Shown: piece after piece, positions 37,310 to 50,866 of the stretch
Numbering within the stretch: position 1 is the first letter of the stretch
How the letters are laid out: each line of letters opens with the position of its first letter
DNA from: Aplysia californica
Taxonomy: Eukaryota
Length of the DNA: 64,000 bases
Direction: 5' to 3'
Assembly: GCF_000002075.1 (NCBI RefSeq)
Contig: NW_004797319.1
Span: 1,028,714-1,092,713 of the forward strand
Made by a program: the position numbers and the translations under genes
Notes under the pieces: model-generated
What the model saw: only the letters and a program-made list of their open reading frames with translations
Told to the model about the DNA's origin: nothing
The model's database searches: none

Positions 37310-39993
37310 CAGCGGATTCCTGTTATAACGAGAGGGAAGGGGACTGGTGTGAATCCGTCACAGCAGGACTCGCGTTATAATAAGGGACCCAGTCAGTAGT
37401 CTCCGCCTAAACGCACGGTGCTCGGGAGCAGGGGCGAAGGCTGACTTGTTTGACAGGGTAATCAAAGTGAGATGGGACCAGATAGGGCCTGGAGATATTG
37501 ATCTATTACACACGAATCCTACTCGAGGCGGCATCACTGAGTTGAGAATGAAAACAAATCCTGACCTGAATTCATGTTGTTGTATGCATGCTCAACCGCT
37601 AAAATAATCGGGAAAGTATCTCATTAAATATTTATTTCAACAAACATTAAATTTATCTTTAGATGTGAATACACTAACACAAAGCAAAGAAGCGGAGAAG
37701 TCAGTCAGTACTACAGTATGTAATACCAGTACCAGTGAGGCTAAACTCTTTGGTAGAACATGACTATTATTAATTTTTTATTTCACATTTGGCTGTTTTT
37801 TGCTTAGCGTTTCACGGCCAGGAGCCGGTGTCATAATCGAGGTTACAATCTGATTATAGGACGGTAAAAAGTCAAGGAAAAAAAACCAAGCACTCGCAGC
37901 AGTCAATATATTATTAGGAGTTAGTTCCCCTCACATCTGTGAGGTAGACTCGACCAGTGTAATAGTTCGCTTACATAATCAGTGCTTGAGACTGATTATA
38001 ACTGTGGCCCAAAAGGGATGAACAGGGTATATATGTGGCAATGGAACAGTTTTGACTGTTGCACAAGTTCCCTTTAACAATTTTTGTAGACTCTTCCAGC
38101 CTCACTGTAAGCTTACATAATCAAAGCTTGCGAGTGACATGATAGGGGTGAACAGGCTACTTCTGTGACAATGAAACCGTTTTGAATGTTAGGCATACTG
38201 TTCATTGGGGATTTTGAGCGTCTTTTTTTTTACATTTAATTTATGAGGTTTACGTCTATGGGTGAATTTGACTGCGGCAATGTTTCAAAATTAGGAAGGG
38301 AAGCAGTGATTATTTGATTATATAGACGCTTCGCCACTGCTCGGGAGGGCTCCTAAGCGTGTGTTTATACGGAGCGTGCGTTTACATGAACCTTTGCAAG
38401 GGGAGGAAGGGACGCAGTCATCTCAATTCCTTATTATTCTAGTGACCTCCCTTGGAGGGAGGGGGTCATTTTGGCAGACAATGTGACGACACGTGGCTGT
38501 TTTGTGAAGGATTACCCGACAGGGGTTAAGAATACTAAGGCGTTGAATGGGGGTGGGGGGGGGGGGGGGAGAAAGACAAACTCAAATGTAATGAATATGC
38601 ACTGTAAACGTCGGGAACAGATAGCCTAAGAGGAAACTGTTGGTCATAGTCATAGAGACGACGGACCAGCCACGTGGCTTTCCAAGCGATCACCCCCGAC
38701 CGTAAATTCATGCAGAATCTTCCCCGAGAAACATTTTCTCTTGTGATTCGTCGAACAAGTACGTTATTAGTTCTTCGAGTACAGCTGATTAGGCTTACTT
38801 GGCTAATCTTTAAAATCCTAATCTATAGAAGGCTGTCTAGTGTTTTACGGCATTCCCGCGTGTCGCGCATCAGGCCTAGATTTAACTAAACATTACATGC
38901 AGTCACTCAAACACCAGTCAGAAAACTTCTCTCAAAGATACATTTCCAGTGACCAATCAAAAAACATTTCAGTCCCCCCAATCTCCCCCCTTAGTCGACC
39001 AGCCCTAGATCGAGACCTATGCGTCAGTGGAAAGTAGGGTGTGTAAACGCAGTCCATTACTCTCTTTGTATAGCGTGAGGGGCACTCTCACCATCCGGTT
39101 TTCTAGTAAATTCTAGGCTTGTCTTATGCAGGCTGTGCAGGTTGGAATGAAAATTTCCCCTTGCCGAGCCTTGTCGGCGTGTTTCGCGTATCGGAGCGTG
39201 CGTTTAGAGGGAGTGACCGTGCGTTTGTACGTCTAAATTAAATAGTAAAAAACCCGTCAGATGGCGACGGCGTGCGTTTGAGCGGAGCGTGCTTTTGTAT
39301 GGCGTGCGTTTAGGCGGAGACTGCTGTAACTGTAATAAATTCAAGGGGAAAAATAAAGTAGGCCTAATCTATGAGTTTAGAGTTTCGTTTATTTCTTTTT
39401 TGTTATCTCCCCTGATGCTTTTCTTGGCTATGACCTCTAGGTCTTACTTGATCAAAAATCGAATCAGGTCTCTTTCTCTATTGCTAGCAAAGTTGACAGC
39501 TCGGTGCTGGCGATCAGAAAAAAGGGCTCTAGGCTAACGTGCCCGCTGTGTTGTCCCCCAACCACACCCTGTGGTGCGTTCCATCACACATTCACTCCAT
39601 CCATCACGGCACTGTGACCTCTCCATCGGAGAAGTGAGAGGTACGGTAGGCCTAGATAATCTAGACTAGGCTGCCAGGCTGGCCTATCACGCCATTCGTT
39701 CTGCTAGTCTGCGCATGCTACACCCTCCCCACTCATTCGCTCCGGCCTTCATTGTTGGCTCACGTGGGCTCTCCCATTCTTTGTTTTGCACCAACAAACC
39801 AAAGTCAACTGGAGAGGTTTGCATATGTACAAATACAATTGGCCTATGCGCTGTGCACAGCAGCAGCAATATTCCGCTATAACCGACTCCCTGGGTTTGT
39901 CTGATTGTGCTATAGCAGTAGGTTATTTACAAAGATGAAGGAAAAAAACAAACTTCTCATTATTTCAGGACTTGTTATAAGTGGACTCCACTG
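37310..39993. mobile_element. pogo/Tigger-like non-autonomous element with a nested insertion
   Basis: TA-CAGCGGATTCCTGTTATAACGAG ... CTTGTTATAAGTGGACTCCACTG: imperfect TIR. Confidence 0.55.
37394..39326. mobile_element. nested TIR element (Tc1/pogo-like)
   Basis: TIR CAG(T/C)AGTCTCCGCCTAAACGCACG (23/24 match) and repeated subterminal CGTGCGTTT motifs. Confidence 0.75.
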
Positions 39994-40874
39994 AAGTCAT
40001 GCCTCACAAAAACATGGACACATACATTTTAAAAAACCAGTGGCACCAGCATTTCTGGATTTGGGATTTAATTACTAGATTTTTTAAAAAGCATCATGCA
40101 CATAAATAGAAAATGCATATTAGCAGCATGGCATTACCAAACTCTCACACAACAGGAAGGCTGTGATACAGCTTAACAATTATTTTGGCAGAGAACATAA
40201 AGAACACTTTAGCAAATGCTAGTAATGTAATAATCCTCATGTGTCCTGCCTTCTCTTGGTGTGAACAAGACACTGTAAGGAATATCTTTCTTGGTCAGGC
40301 TAACATTTTATATAGATTAAAGCATTCTCTATATCCTCAACGTCAGCATAACTAGTCTAAAAAGGTCATGTCTCTGGCCTGTATACACATAAATCAGTCA
40401 CCAGACAAAGATGTACTACACTGTTTGCCAAGACCTTAGAACAAATGCAGGATGATAAAGATAAAGCTTACACAGGCATCTTCAGCATAAAGCCGTCTGG
40501 GGTCATTCGTATTTTATGCCCCTTTCAACCCACTATGATGAGGCCATTCATTAGAGGCGAAACCTCCAAACAAAACGCCCATCTCGCCAATCTCCGAATG
40601 ATCCAGGTCCAAGCCAAGTAAGAAGAGACTGAGATTGACACCCCATTATTAGGGATTTGAACCTATGTTCATCAGCATAAAATTATTTATAGGTCAGTTA
40701 TGATGTCACCTAACATTTCGTTGCTCCTGTAAAGGGGTCACATAGAAGCCCATTAACACAATAACAGTCATTCAGTTCACAGAAAAAATAAAACAGAAAA
40801 AAAAAAAGAAGTAAAACCTACCAGAAGCACCCTCCACTGGGAGCAGGGCTTAAAGGGTTAACACAAAGGCAATC

Positions 40875-40877
<3 letters not shown>

Positions 40878-40941
<64 letters not shown>
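40878..40941. repeat. (TA)n microsatellite
   Basis: Directly visible. A second (TA)n lies at about 41753-41796. Confidence 0.95.
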
Positions 40942-40944
<3 letters not shown>

Positions 40945-41749
40945 TAGGAAAAAAGGATGCTAACATTCAAGATAAAGTTATAACAAAAACAGTTATCATA
41001 ATTTAAGAAATTCATACATACATCATGTACATCAGTGCTCCAGGTTTGATACCTCAAAAAAAAAAGTACAGCAGACCCACAAATTTGTAAAGGGGAGTAG
41101 ACTCACAAAAACTTATTTTACACTGAGTGAACCTTATGAATGAATGAGGTCCTTAGAGGATCCATTAAGAAACTAAAAAGTGAGACTTCATACACTGAAG
41201 AAAGGTTCAAAGTACAGTTTCCCATGTACGAGTCATTATGATTATAATATGAGTAAGAAAAATACATCTTCAAAGAACCCCGAACTTTAGGGTCAAACAA
41301 ACCGGAGGCTCTCCATCCAGCAAAAAAGTCTTAACACACACTTGGACTTGGAAGAATCAAATTGATACCAACAGTTCATAAACAAACAACTAATACAGAG
41401 AAATTTATAAGGCATTGTAACTAAACTAGCCTACTTTGTTCAACATAAGGTGTGAATTAAGCCAGAATAAAAAGAACCTGACTTTAGCTAAGCGAACCTG
41501 CCTTTACAGTCCCATGAAAGGCACCAGTAGAAAAAGTGAACAACAGCAGCACTGTCCTACTGGATATATATATACTAGTAAATACTACTGCGGGCCATGT
41601 TGACAGTAGAGTACTTGGTACCCTCTCAGAACAGCTGGCTTGAAGGATGTGAAAATTAATCTGAATTCAGTCTTTACCTTCCGAATAGCAGGTCATGGGC
41701 TTATCTTGCTGTACATAAGCGGCTGGCCCAAGGCACACACAGACACACA

Positions 41750-41799
<50 letters not shown>

Positions 41800-42703
41800 C
41801 TGTCTTTCATCATTGTTGTTTATCAAAATATTAGGTTTTCAGGAGAGGCAAAAAAAAAAGTTTTTGGGGACAGGGCATTATAACGATCTTGCTACAGGGT
41901 ACCCCGTACTGCACGGCTCAATATCCAAATAATCATTAATAATGCCAGGCTTTCTGGCACTTATTTAAAAAAAATAAAATCAACCTTATTATTCAACACC
42001 CAACAATGAAACTGGCACGCAAAAATGCAATAAAATGTACTACACAAAGCAGAAGAAATTTTTCAGATAGTTCGAATGGTTAGTTTATAATATCTTTAGC
42101 AAATGTGTCACAACTTCGAAAAAAAAATTTGTTTAAATGAAACTACTAGGCCTAGAGTCATCAGCCCTTGGCACGACCGACCGTGCCCTGTGCACGACCA
42201 GTCCCTCATTTTTCCTTTTGTGAAGCTCGTTTGCAATCCATTATATTATTAGAGTTACGTCCTTTTGTCTAGTTCCACTTTGAGTTTTAATCCATTTCCG
42301 GGAACGTCCGTCGTCTACTAGCGCAACAGATGAGTTCGAAGTGAAAGGCCTATTGAAAACATTCTTTGAGGTAAGTGTCTTCAGTCACTAAACTATACCC
42401 TCTGTGTATAAAAAGATAATTGTTTTCATTGTAATTTGCTGACAAAATGATTATACTAACCTTTAAATAGTGTACTCATAGTCGCGGTAGGGGCATGAAA
42501 TTTGTAGGCAATGCCCAAAGCGCATTACGACAAGGTTTCAAAATATGCCCAATTAGGGACAAACTTGACTTTTTCCAGGAAAGGGACATATCTCAAATGC
42601 TGTTTCTGTATTTCGAATGTGGGATGAAACAACAATTATTCATTGAATCTAAAGCAATAGATCTAAATCTAGATGCTGGTTTTTTTGCTCCTTTTACCTA
42701 GAT

Positions 42704-45540
42704 ATGGAGCAAAAGAACAACCAGCATCAACCTAAGTGCACGCGGAGGATTTGCAGTACGCCATAGATGCTGTTGGCCAAGGCATCCCCAAGAGAGAAGC
42801 AGATTCCTGACTTGTTATCCCATATGGAATGCTGCAGGACAAAATCATGGGAAAGAGGGAAATAATTGCAAAGAAGAGAACGATCCTCACTACAGAAAAG
42901 GAGAACAAAATTGCAGAATGGCTAAGGCAGATGGCGAATGTTGGGTTCTGAAGAACAAAAGTGGAGCTGTACATGACCATTAAAGGCATGCTTGATTTAA
43001 GAGGCTGCGCAACATCCTGAGAAAAAAACAAACCCACAGATAAATGGCTCCATTTATTTAAGAAGTGACACCCAACGATTACCTTTAGAAAACCACGGAA
43101 ACTTGGAAAGCTGAGGGCCTTTATAATTCAGGAGATGATTGAGAAGTGGCACAGTGACTTCCTCACCAACATCAAGGCCATCAACCCAACAATTTTACTG
43201 GAGCCCCATCCTATTTCCAATTGTGACGAATCTGGTTTTGCAATCAATGCTCTCACGACCAGAGTGCTGACAGACATGGCCAACAAGTATACATATCAAG
43301 TGGCTGCGGAGAACCGCATGACGCTCATAGTGCTGGTGTGTGCAAGTGCTGCAGGCAAATTCAGCAGCTCCATGCTAATTTATCCTGGAACAGAATTTAG
43401 GTTTTCAACCACAGGAGGTGTTTCAGGAGGCATACATTGCAAAGTCACCAAATGGTTGGATAACACGAGATCTCTTTGTTCAGTGGATGGAATAAGTCTT
43501 TCATAACCCTTAGAGCCTGAGAAACCCTCTGACCGGCCGGAACTTTATCGATATGTAGCGCGATAAACTCTTTTATCAGTCTGGGGGTCACGTATCGAAT
43601 TATGGGGTGTTTAAAGGCAGTAAAAGCTGACCAATCCCAACCGAGAGTTCCTTGCTTGTAAAAGTAAAAGTCACTTCCCCACACATGGCTGTGTCCATTA
43701 GAGCATTGTTTTGTGCTGTGTTGATGGTGTAGAGCACATTTTTCAAGTTCCTTTCTTCATCGTTCTGTCAAGGATCCAAGTGAGTCTGAGCCAGGCCCTT
43801 CTAAGCCTAAACGTGCGTGAAGTGCTTAATGATTTTGAGGATTCTACCCCAAGATCCCAGAAGATGGCTCCACTGACAATGTGTGTGTTCTGTGCAACTA
43901 TAAATACACTAAATTCAGGAGAGAAAACCCTAATGTGGCGTATAGATTACTACCCTCGCAAGAAGGTGAAGTCCTCTGTCAAGTGCACGGAATGTAAGGC
44001 ACATCTCTGTTTGAAGAGAGGATTGACATGCTGTGTGGACTGGCACACCAAAGTCAAATACTGGCTCTAAATGTGAGGTAGGCCACTCTGATTAGTTTCC
44101 ATGTGGATGTTTTGTTATTGTGTGTGACATATTTGTTGTCTGGTCTATTTGTTGTGACCCAAGAGAAATTTCCTTTAAAATAGCTGACGAGGCCAGGCAG
44201 GGGATATTGTAGGATCAACAGAGCCAGGGCTCGAAGGGTTAAAGAAACTGAGCATTTGAAAAAAGCGTTGCTCTTTCTCGTGGATGGCCATGTCAGCCAC
44301 CAAACTATCAAAACCTCCACCCTTTGCCAACAGCACAGGATAATTCTGTACTGCCCTCTAGCCCATGTAAGTCACATTTGATTTTCCAACCTCTGGATGT
44401 TGGCATTTTCAAGACTATGACGGCAGAGTGGAAGAATGCAGTGAGGCAGCACACCTTTGAAACCAGTCAAGTGTTGACCAAGCGCGCTTTTGCCTCAGTC
44501 TTTAAAGTTGCATATAATGCCACTGTGGACAAGAATTTATGTCCAGCTGCATTCAGGAAAAAAAGGATATATCCAGCAGACCTGAATGCTATTGACATGT
44601 TTAAAGTTGTTCCCCCCAGCAGCAGAACACCAACCCCACCTGCTCAACAGACATCAACACAATGCCCAACATCCGATACTGTTATCCTCCCATCTGAATC
44701 TGAGTCTCCTTTACCATCAGCAGCAATAAACGAGTCAGTCACCTGCGCACACACCTCCACTCCCACACCTGAAACCACCAGTGATTGTACAGTCAGCCAC
44801 CAGGTCTCAGCCTCATCCAAAAACTTCTTCATCTCAAACTGCGTCATCTAGACTTTCACTCAATGATCTGCCACCAAGGGAGTGAACATACGTTGCAGCT
44901 ATATTTCCAGCATTTGGAAGAAGGGACAGATGGAGATTATCTTTTTAAGCTGTTGAAACTTTATTTCCAAGATCTTGCAAGTCCACCACAAGTTTTGACA
45001 TTGGCAGCAACTCCTTGACAAGATCCTCTGAAAACACCATCCATTAGATGCATCAGGACAAAGATTTACAAAACTGTCAAGTTTCCAGACCTGATGAGCG
45101 GACAGGAAATGGTTGCAATGTTGGAAGAAAAAGAACATGAGAAACGAGATGGCGTGAAAAGGAAAGCAGAGAGAAAAATAGATCAGGCACAATAGAAGAA
45201 AGACGAAAGCAGGCAGAGGAAAGAAAGAAAAAGCAAGAAGAGAAGGAGAAAGAAGCTGAAACAGCAGAGAGTGAAGGGAAGAAAGGAAAGGGAAAAAGAC
45301 AGAGAGAAAGGATGAAGAGAGTGACACTGACACCTTAGTTGATGAAAGTGAAATGTTATTAGAATCAGAACAAGGAGAGGAATCCGACGAAAGTGTAGCA
45401 GACGCCATGGCTGAAGCCATTACAAGTACAGGGGTTTGCCCTGGGTGCAATAATAGCAGCAGTGGTGACCTGCAGTGGATTCAGTGTGAAACATGTAAGC
45501 TGCTTAAGAAACACCAGTCTGGAGACCATGTTTCAGCTGA
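42704..45540 (+). pseudogene. pogo/Fot1-like transposase pseudogene (HTH_psq, CENP-B HTH, DDE_1, PHD-like end)
   Basis: Fragments EDLQYAIDAV, NCDESGF, LVCASAAG, LLFLVDGHVSH, IFQPLDVGIF and CPGC...WIQCETC, with many stops and frameshifts. TIRs not resolved. Confidence 0.85.
43507..44238 (+). mobile_element. piggyBac deletion derivative inserted in the pogo DDE domain
   Basis: ATAA-CCCTTAGAGCC ... GGCTCGAAGGG-TTAA. Retains the Cys-rich C-terminus CVFC...CTECKAHLC...CCVDWH. Confidence 0.85.
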
Positions 45541-47710
45541 ACATTGAATTCTTGGCTGGTTTCAGTTTCAGGTGCGCAAAGGCCTGTAGTGACTGAGGAA
45601 GGGAGGGGTGCCACTTGTGCCTGTTGTGTAAAAAGGTTGTAGGCACTGCTTGATCAATAATTTTTTTGCATTTTGATTTGAGTTCATTAAGTGAATATTT
45701 AAGTTCTGGAATTTTTCGGATATTTTTGGTTATGTTGTGCAACTTTTGATGTTGAAATTTTACCACAAAGATAACATGAGGACAGCAGAAAGTTACAGAA
45801 GGCACTATAGTTCTAGGAAGAAGAAGAGAGGAAAAAATAAGAAAGACTATAGCAAGCTGAGGAAACAAAGAAAATGCAAGAAGAGAAGAATAAGAAGAAA
45901 GAGGATTTTTAAAAACCAAGAGACACGGAACAGTGAAAGCAGAAAGGAAAAATAGAGCGGGCACAAAAGAAGGGAAAAAAAAAGAGAGGAAGAAACAGGA
46001 AAGACTAGCACGCTGAGGGAGGAAAAAAATTATTATTTTGCAAGAGCAAAGAAACAAGAAGAACAAAAGGAGGAGGAAAGCATAGAGAGAAAAAGAGGGC
46101 AGCCCCAAATGAAGAATAAAGTAGAGAGGAAGAAACAGGAAAGACAAAAGAAGACTAAAGAAAGAAAGAAAAAGCAAAAAAAGAGGCTGAAAGAAGAAAG
46201 ATAGGGAAGAAGGAAAAATGGCAACTAATTTACTAAAGCAGGTAATTCATAAATTTTGTCTGCTTTCTTGACAAATTTTCAATTTCTAGAAAATGTTCAT
46301 AATATGTCATTTTTCACGGGCCTCCTTTGATGTTGAAATTTTGCCAGTTTCATTCAAAGTCAAAGTATGTTTTCAAGTTCTAACTGTTCTTGTGTTTATG
46401 TTCTTATTCTTACTGTTCCTATCATTCAAAAATGTCTTAGAACAAGACATTTTTTTAGACTGGTCGCAGTCGGGGCAAGTGGATGATCGCGCATAGGGCG
46501 TGCTGGTCTCGCCACGTGTCATATGCGGTCGCGCTAACCACGTGCCGTCGCGCCAAGGGCAGAACATTAAAATTTTAAAATGCGAAGTCTGCGAATGACA
46601 TTTTGGAAGGAGTGACGATATTAAGGTAAAAACAGGAAGTTCACACACTGGATCAGCCCTGTACATGGACCGACTGACCTATTTTCTCATCAGGGACCGC
46701 TGAAAGGCAAAATGCGACACCTGGTCGCGGGTAGGACCAGCTACTCTAGATCCAGATCACAAAGTTCACTGTCACTAATCCCTACACCCTTCCACTAGCC
46801 TCTACTAAACTGTGATACCCACTTTATACTCTGGATGAGCATCGCTGTCATCTTCTTCAGCACTAGAAAAGTCTAGATCCAATGCGGCCCATTGACATAC
46901 ATATATATATATGGGTCTATCAGTTTGAAAATGCTGCGAAGTTCGTACACCATCGTGTCAAAATGTGTTTTGGGTTGTCAAAAAAAAAAAAGAAAAGTAT
47001 TATCAGTTAACAAGGGATGTAACTCGAACAATGTTCAATCAACTCAAAAAAGACAGCAGTTATTCCATGAAGACCTTCCCCAAAACATAGAGGGTAAACA
47101 TAGAAAATAAGTGGGAAACACAAAACCAAGGGGTTGCTATAATGGCAGTACACCACCTATCGAAGTTAATAGAGAATTGAACGTTTAATTCGTCTAAATC
47201 TGTTACTATTTTAAAGAGGAATGAGACTAGAACCAATCGATGCGCCTCATCAAACTCTACAATATGCTCGATTTTCTTTTTTTTTTTTAAACAAATTTCC
47301 AAATACTATGTTGAATGACGGCTACAATATAATATCATATCCTTTTGCTATCAGTATCAGGCATTTATTAATCAAGCTGTCAACCAATCCAGAGAGTCCA
47401 ATTTTCACCAAAGTTTTTCAAACCCTTTTGTTTGTGCACTTGTTCTTGCTCACACACTTCACAACAAACACTGCAGAGCACCATGCAGACAAATTTACAA
47501 TCGAAATCCACCAAGGGCAATCAACATAATAGTAATAATACGATAAAGAAAAAGAATAATGGTACTAGTTTTCGTCCAACTACATCACTCTCATGAACCA
47601 TGACGAATCTGCGAACCTTAAAAGTCAATCTAATGAGGACCAAAACCATCTTTTTCTAGCATGAAAAGTAGGCCTACACCCACTGAAAATGCTCACATAA
47701 ATGATCCCCC

Positions 47711-47810
47711 NNNNNNNNNNNNNNNNNNNNNNNNNNNNNNNNNNNNNNNNNNNNNNNNNNNNNNNNNNNNNNNNNNNNNNNNNNNNNNNNNNNNNNNNNN
47801 NNNNNNNNNN
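47711..47810. other. assembly gap (100 N) inside a poly-C tract
   Basis: N run flanked by C homopolymer. Confidence 0.98.
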
Positions 47811-48655
47811 CCCCCCCCCCCCCCCCCCACTCTTCCCCAAACAAAAACCCAAACAATTTCTAATCCCTTTCAATTTCAATAGACGACAGTCAATGCTCAA
47901 TATGCATTCTTTTTTACAGTATTCATTTTACAATAACAAGTAAATTGTATTATGCAACAGGACAATAATCTCTGATAAAATTTTTAATCATTTTTACTGA
48001 ATAAAATAAAATGTTCAATCCTTTGTTTACAATACTTTACATATATTTCTATTTAATACTAAAGATCGCACTGACTACTCCTGCATGAACTGGAAATCAA
48101 ACCTCTTGCTCTTCCTATTTCTTTCTCCGTATCTTGCTTTTCCACACAACACTTGCCTTTCAATTCATGTTTTTCCTTGGCCCCTATACAATCAACAATC
48201 TTTATCAAATAAAGTATTTCCAAAACCTGTATACATTGAGAAGACATCCTTCTTACAGTTACATTAGTGGGGAGTGGGGATTAGGGTCCAAGAGAGGCAG
48301 GCGGTGGGTAGGGTAGGATACAGGTTCGAAGTCCCTTTCTTTAGTGTAATGTTATTTAGGCAGCAGAACTTCTGAATTGAACAGCTATCTCCAACAGGTG
48401 GAAAGCCTCAAAAAACTTTCCAAATAAATGAAGTCTATACGCCCCAAAAAGGATTTGAACCAGAGCCATATATGCAACACAACCCAGCATGAAACCAACT
48501 GAGCTGTGTGTCCTGGTAGGCAGATGGACAACATAATACTCATTTAGACTTGGGAAAAACCAAGACAGGCAGACGCCTGAGATAGATATTAACCCCAATC
48601 AGTGGCATCCTCTAACCACCCATCAGTTGTGGGTATCCAACTAAAAAATTAATAA

Positions 48656-50546
48656 CTCACTCACTGCCAAGCATTTTCGGCTGGGTAACTGAGGAATGCC
48701 AGGCTTTCTGGATCATTTTCAAAACGCCACTGTGAGCTTATTATTATGTGCACAGCATTGAACTTTTCCACAAGCAATAACATTGAAACATACCCAACAA
48801 ATCAAACAAAATTTTTGTGATACCTTTATCATGTGGAATTTTATGAGTTTGTGAATATGGGGCAAAATCGTGAAAAAAACTTTTACATAACAATTGCGGG
48901 CATTGTACATTCAGTCGATATGCATGCCTTTATATCTTTGTCTCTGGAAGAAATAGATGTTGCATCAACAGACAAATGTTGAAGAGTCATTATGAAAAGA
49001 TATCCGACAAATTCTATATAACTCAAAAATCATTCAAGTCATCAGTCCACCCATCCTGAGCATCAACATCGGGGTGTGTGGTTGCAGGACAGGGCATGGC
49101 CACTGGGGGAGGGGTACCACTATTTGAAGTTTGTTGTGTAGACCTAGGAGGGTCTATGTCAGCTGTATTCCTATAATTTGGGGTCTACAGGCCCGGTTAC
49201 ACATAACGATAAATTTAACAAAACCTGGACGATGTACGATCATACGATAAATCGAAGGTGTAACCACAAAATATGGACGATTGAACGATAGATTGGAGAC
49301 TCGGTCGAGAAATCAAGAGCTGCTTGATATTTTCCGTGCGATCACAGTCAGACTTGAGGGAAATGCGCTGTGACGTAGATTCACTTTGAAATTTGCCGCT
49401 GCGCAGAACTAAACTCAGGGCTCAAATTTTTAAAAATAATTATAGTAGGCAAAAATTGATTTCATATTCGGATTCTGCGTCTCAAAATAAGCAAAGTTGC
49501 TCACGATGAACCTGATTTGGTGCATATATATTTTAGCAATTTTATTATTTAGTCGATCGTCAAAGGTGAAGCTGTGCATCAAGGTCACTCAGTGCGTAGC
49601 ACATCTGCAGTCAAGTTTTAGCTTCCGGTTCTATGCACAACACTACGCACAACACGGTAGGCCTACAGTATGGCCACCCTTTTCGAAAGACACTGTTCTG
49701 CTAAATCAAAATGTACAGGGGAAAGGGGGGGGGGGGGCTCTCGTGATCTAGAGGTACAGTGTTCGCCTTTCATTCATTAGGTCCAGAGCTCGAAACCTTC
49801 ACATAGAGAGCAGGCAAATCGCTGTCGTCGCAAAGAGACATGGTGGCTTTATTATGACGAGGAATCTCCTCAATCGAAAGAAAACTTAATGATAGATTGG
49901 AACGTGTAAACAGACAACACAGTTAGATAAAACGGACAGTTCTCTCATACAAAGAATCTGATACAATTTATCATTGCATGTAACCGGGGCTTAAATCTAC
50001 GTTGAGTATCTTTGACGTTTGCGTGACGGGCCCGAACTGGGATTGGGAAGCGCCGGATCATAGGTCTGAGCATGGGGAACACCTGATTCTAGATCTAGGC
50101 CTAAATCTAGCACAATTTTCATCCTCACTTGCGTCCGCACCTCTCCTATTTCCTTTCCTATACACATTATCAACTCTGTATGATTGTTCATCATCGCCAT
50201 CATCTGCAAAAAGATCTAAATTTGACCCTTTTATATTGACGAATGGATCCATCAATTCAAATGTTCAGACCTCGTTGAGACGCCGTCGCCATCGTAACTG
50301 AGCGTTAGTAGTTTCTAAGTTTGTTTCGGGTGAGTTCGAAAAAGTCACTTATTCAAGGGAAGTTACTGCAACAATGCGGAATTGAAACTAAACTGGCTTA
50401 TGTCGCATATCTCCGACTGCCAAGCCCGGAACATGTCGGGGAATGTTTGAAAAATAGTAGTAAAAACGCACCCGACGGGTTTCGGGTTTGGCAGGTAGCG
50501 GTATACGCGGATCACCTGACTGGGTTCGGGCATGGCAGTGAGTGAG
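48656..50546 (-). mobile_element. piggyBac-like non-autonomous element
   Basis: ATAA-CTCACTCACTGCCA ... TGGCAGTGAGTGAG-TTAA, with an acidic N-terminal ORF remnant near 50058-50292 on the minus strand. Confidence 0.8.
49189..49991. mobile_element. PIF/Harbinger-like MITE nested in the piggyBac-like element
   Basis: AGGCCCGGTTACA ... TGTAACCGGGGCT-TAA. Confidence 0.55.
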
Positions 50547-50866
50547 TTAAGATAAAATAAATTTTAGCCCTCCTCCCATGTCATCATGTATCACAATCAC
50601 TGCCTTTCTGGTGCCTCTCCCTGTAAGACGAAACTGTGACCCTGATGGCCAACCCAGATAATATGCACTAGATCTAGTAGATAAAAATGACTGGTCCAGC
50701 TTTACCGTAACCCACTATTATACAATAACAACATGAAAAAAAAAGCAATCTACAGCGAAATACAAAAAAAACCCAACATAATTCCTTGGAAATATCTTCT
50801 TTCCCATTGACCTAGCCATCCATGCTTGCAAGACTCATCTGCTGTCTACCTAGGACCTCCCTGAAA

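Noticed and set aside
45533-46240. 214-aa hydrophobic ORF resembling a membrane protein
   Set aside because: Reverse complement of purine-rich low-complexity sequence.
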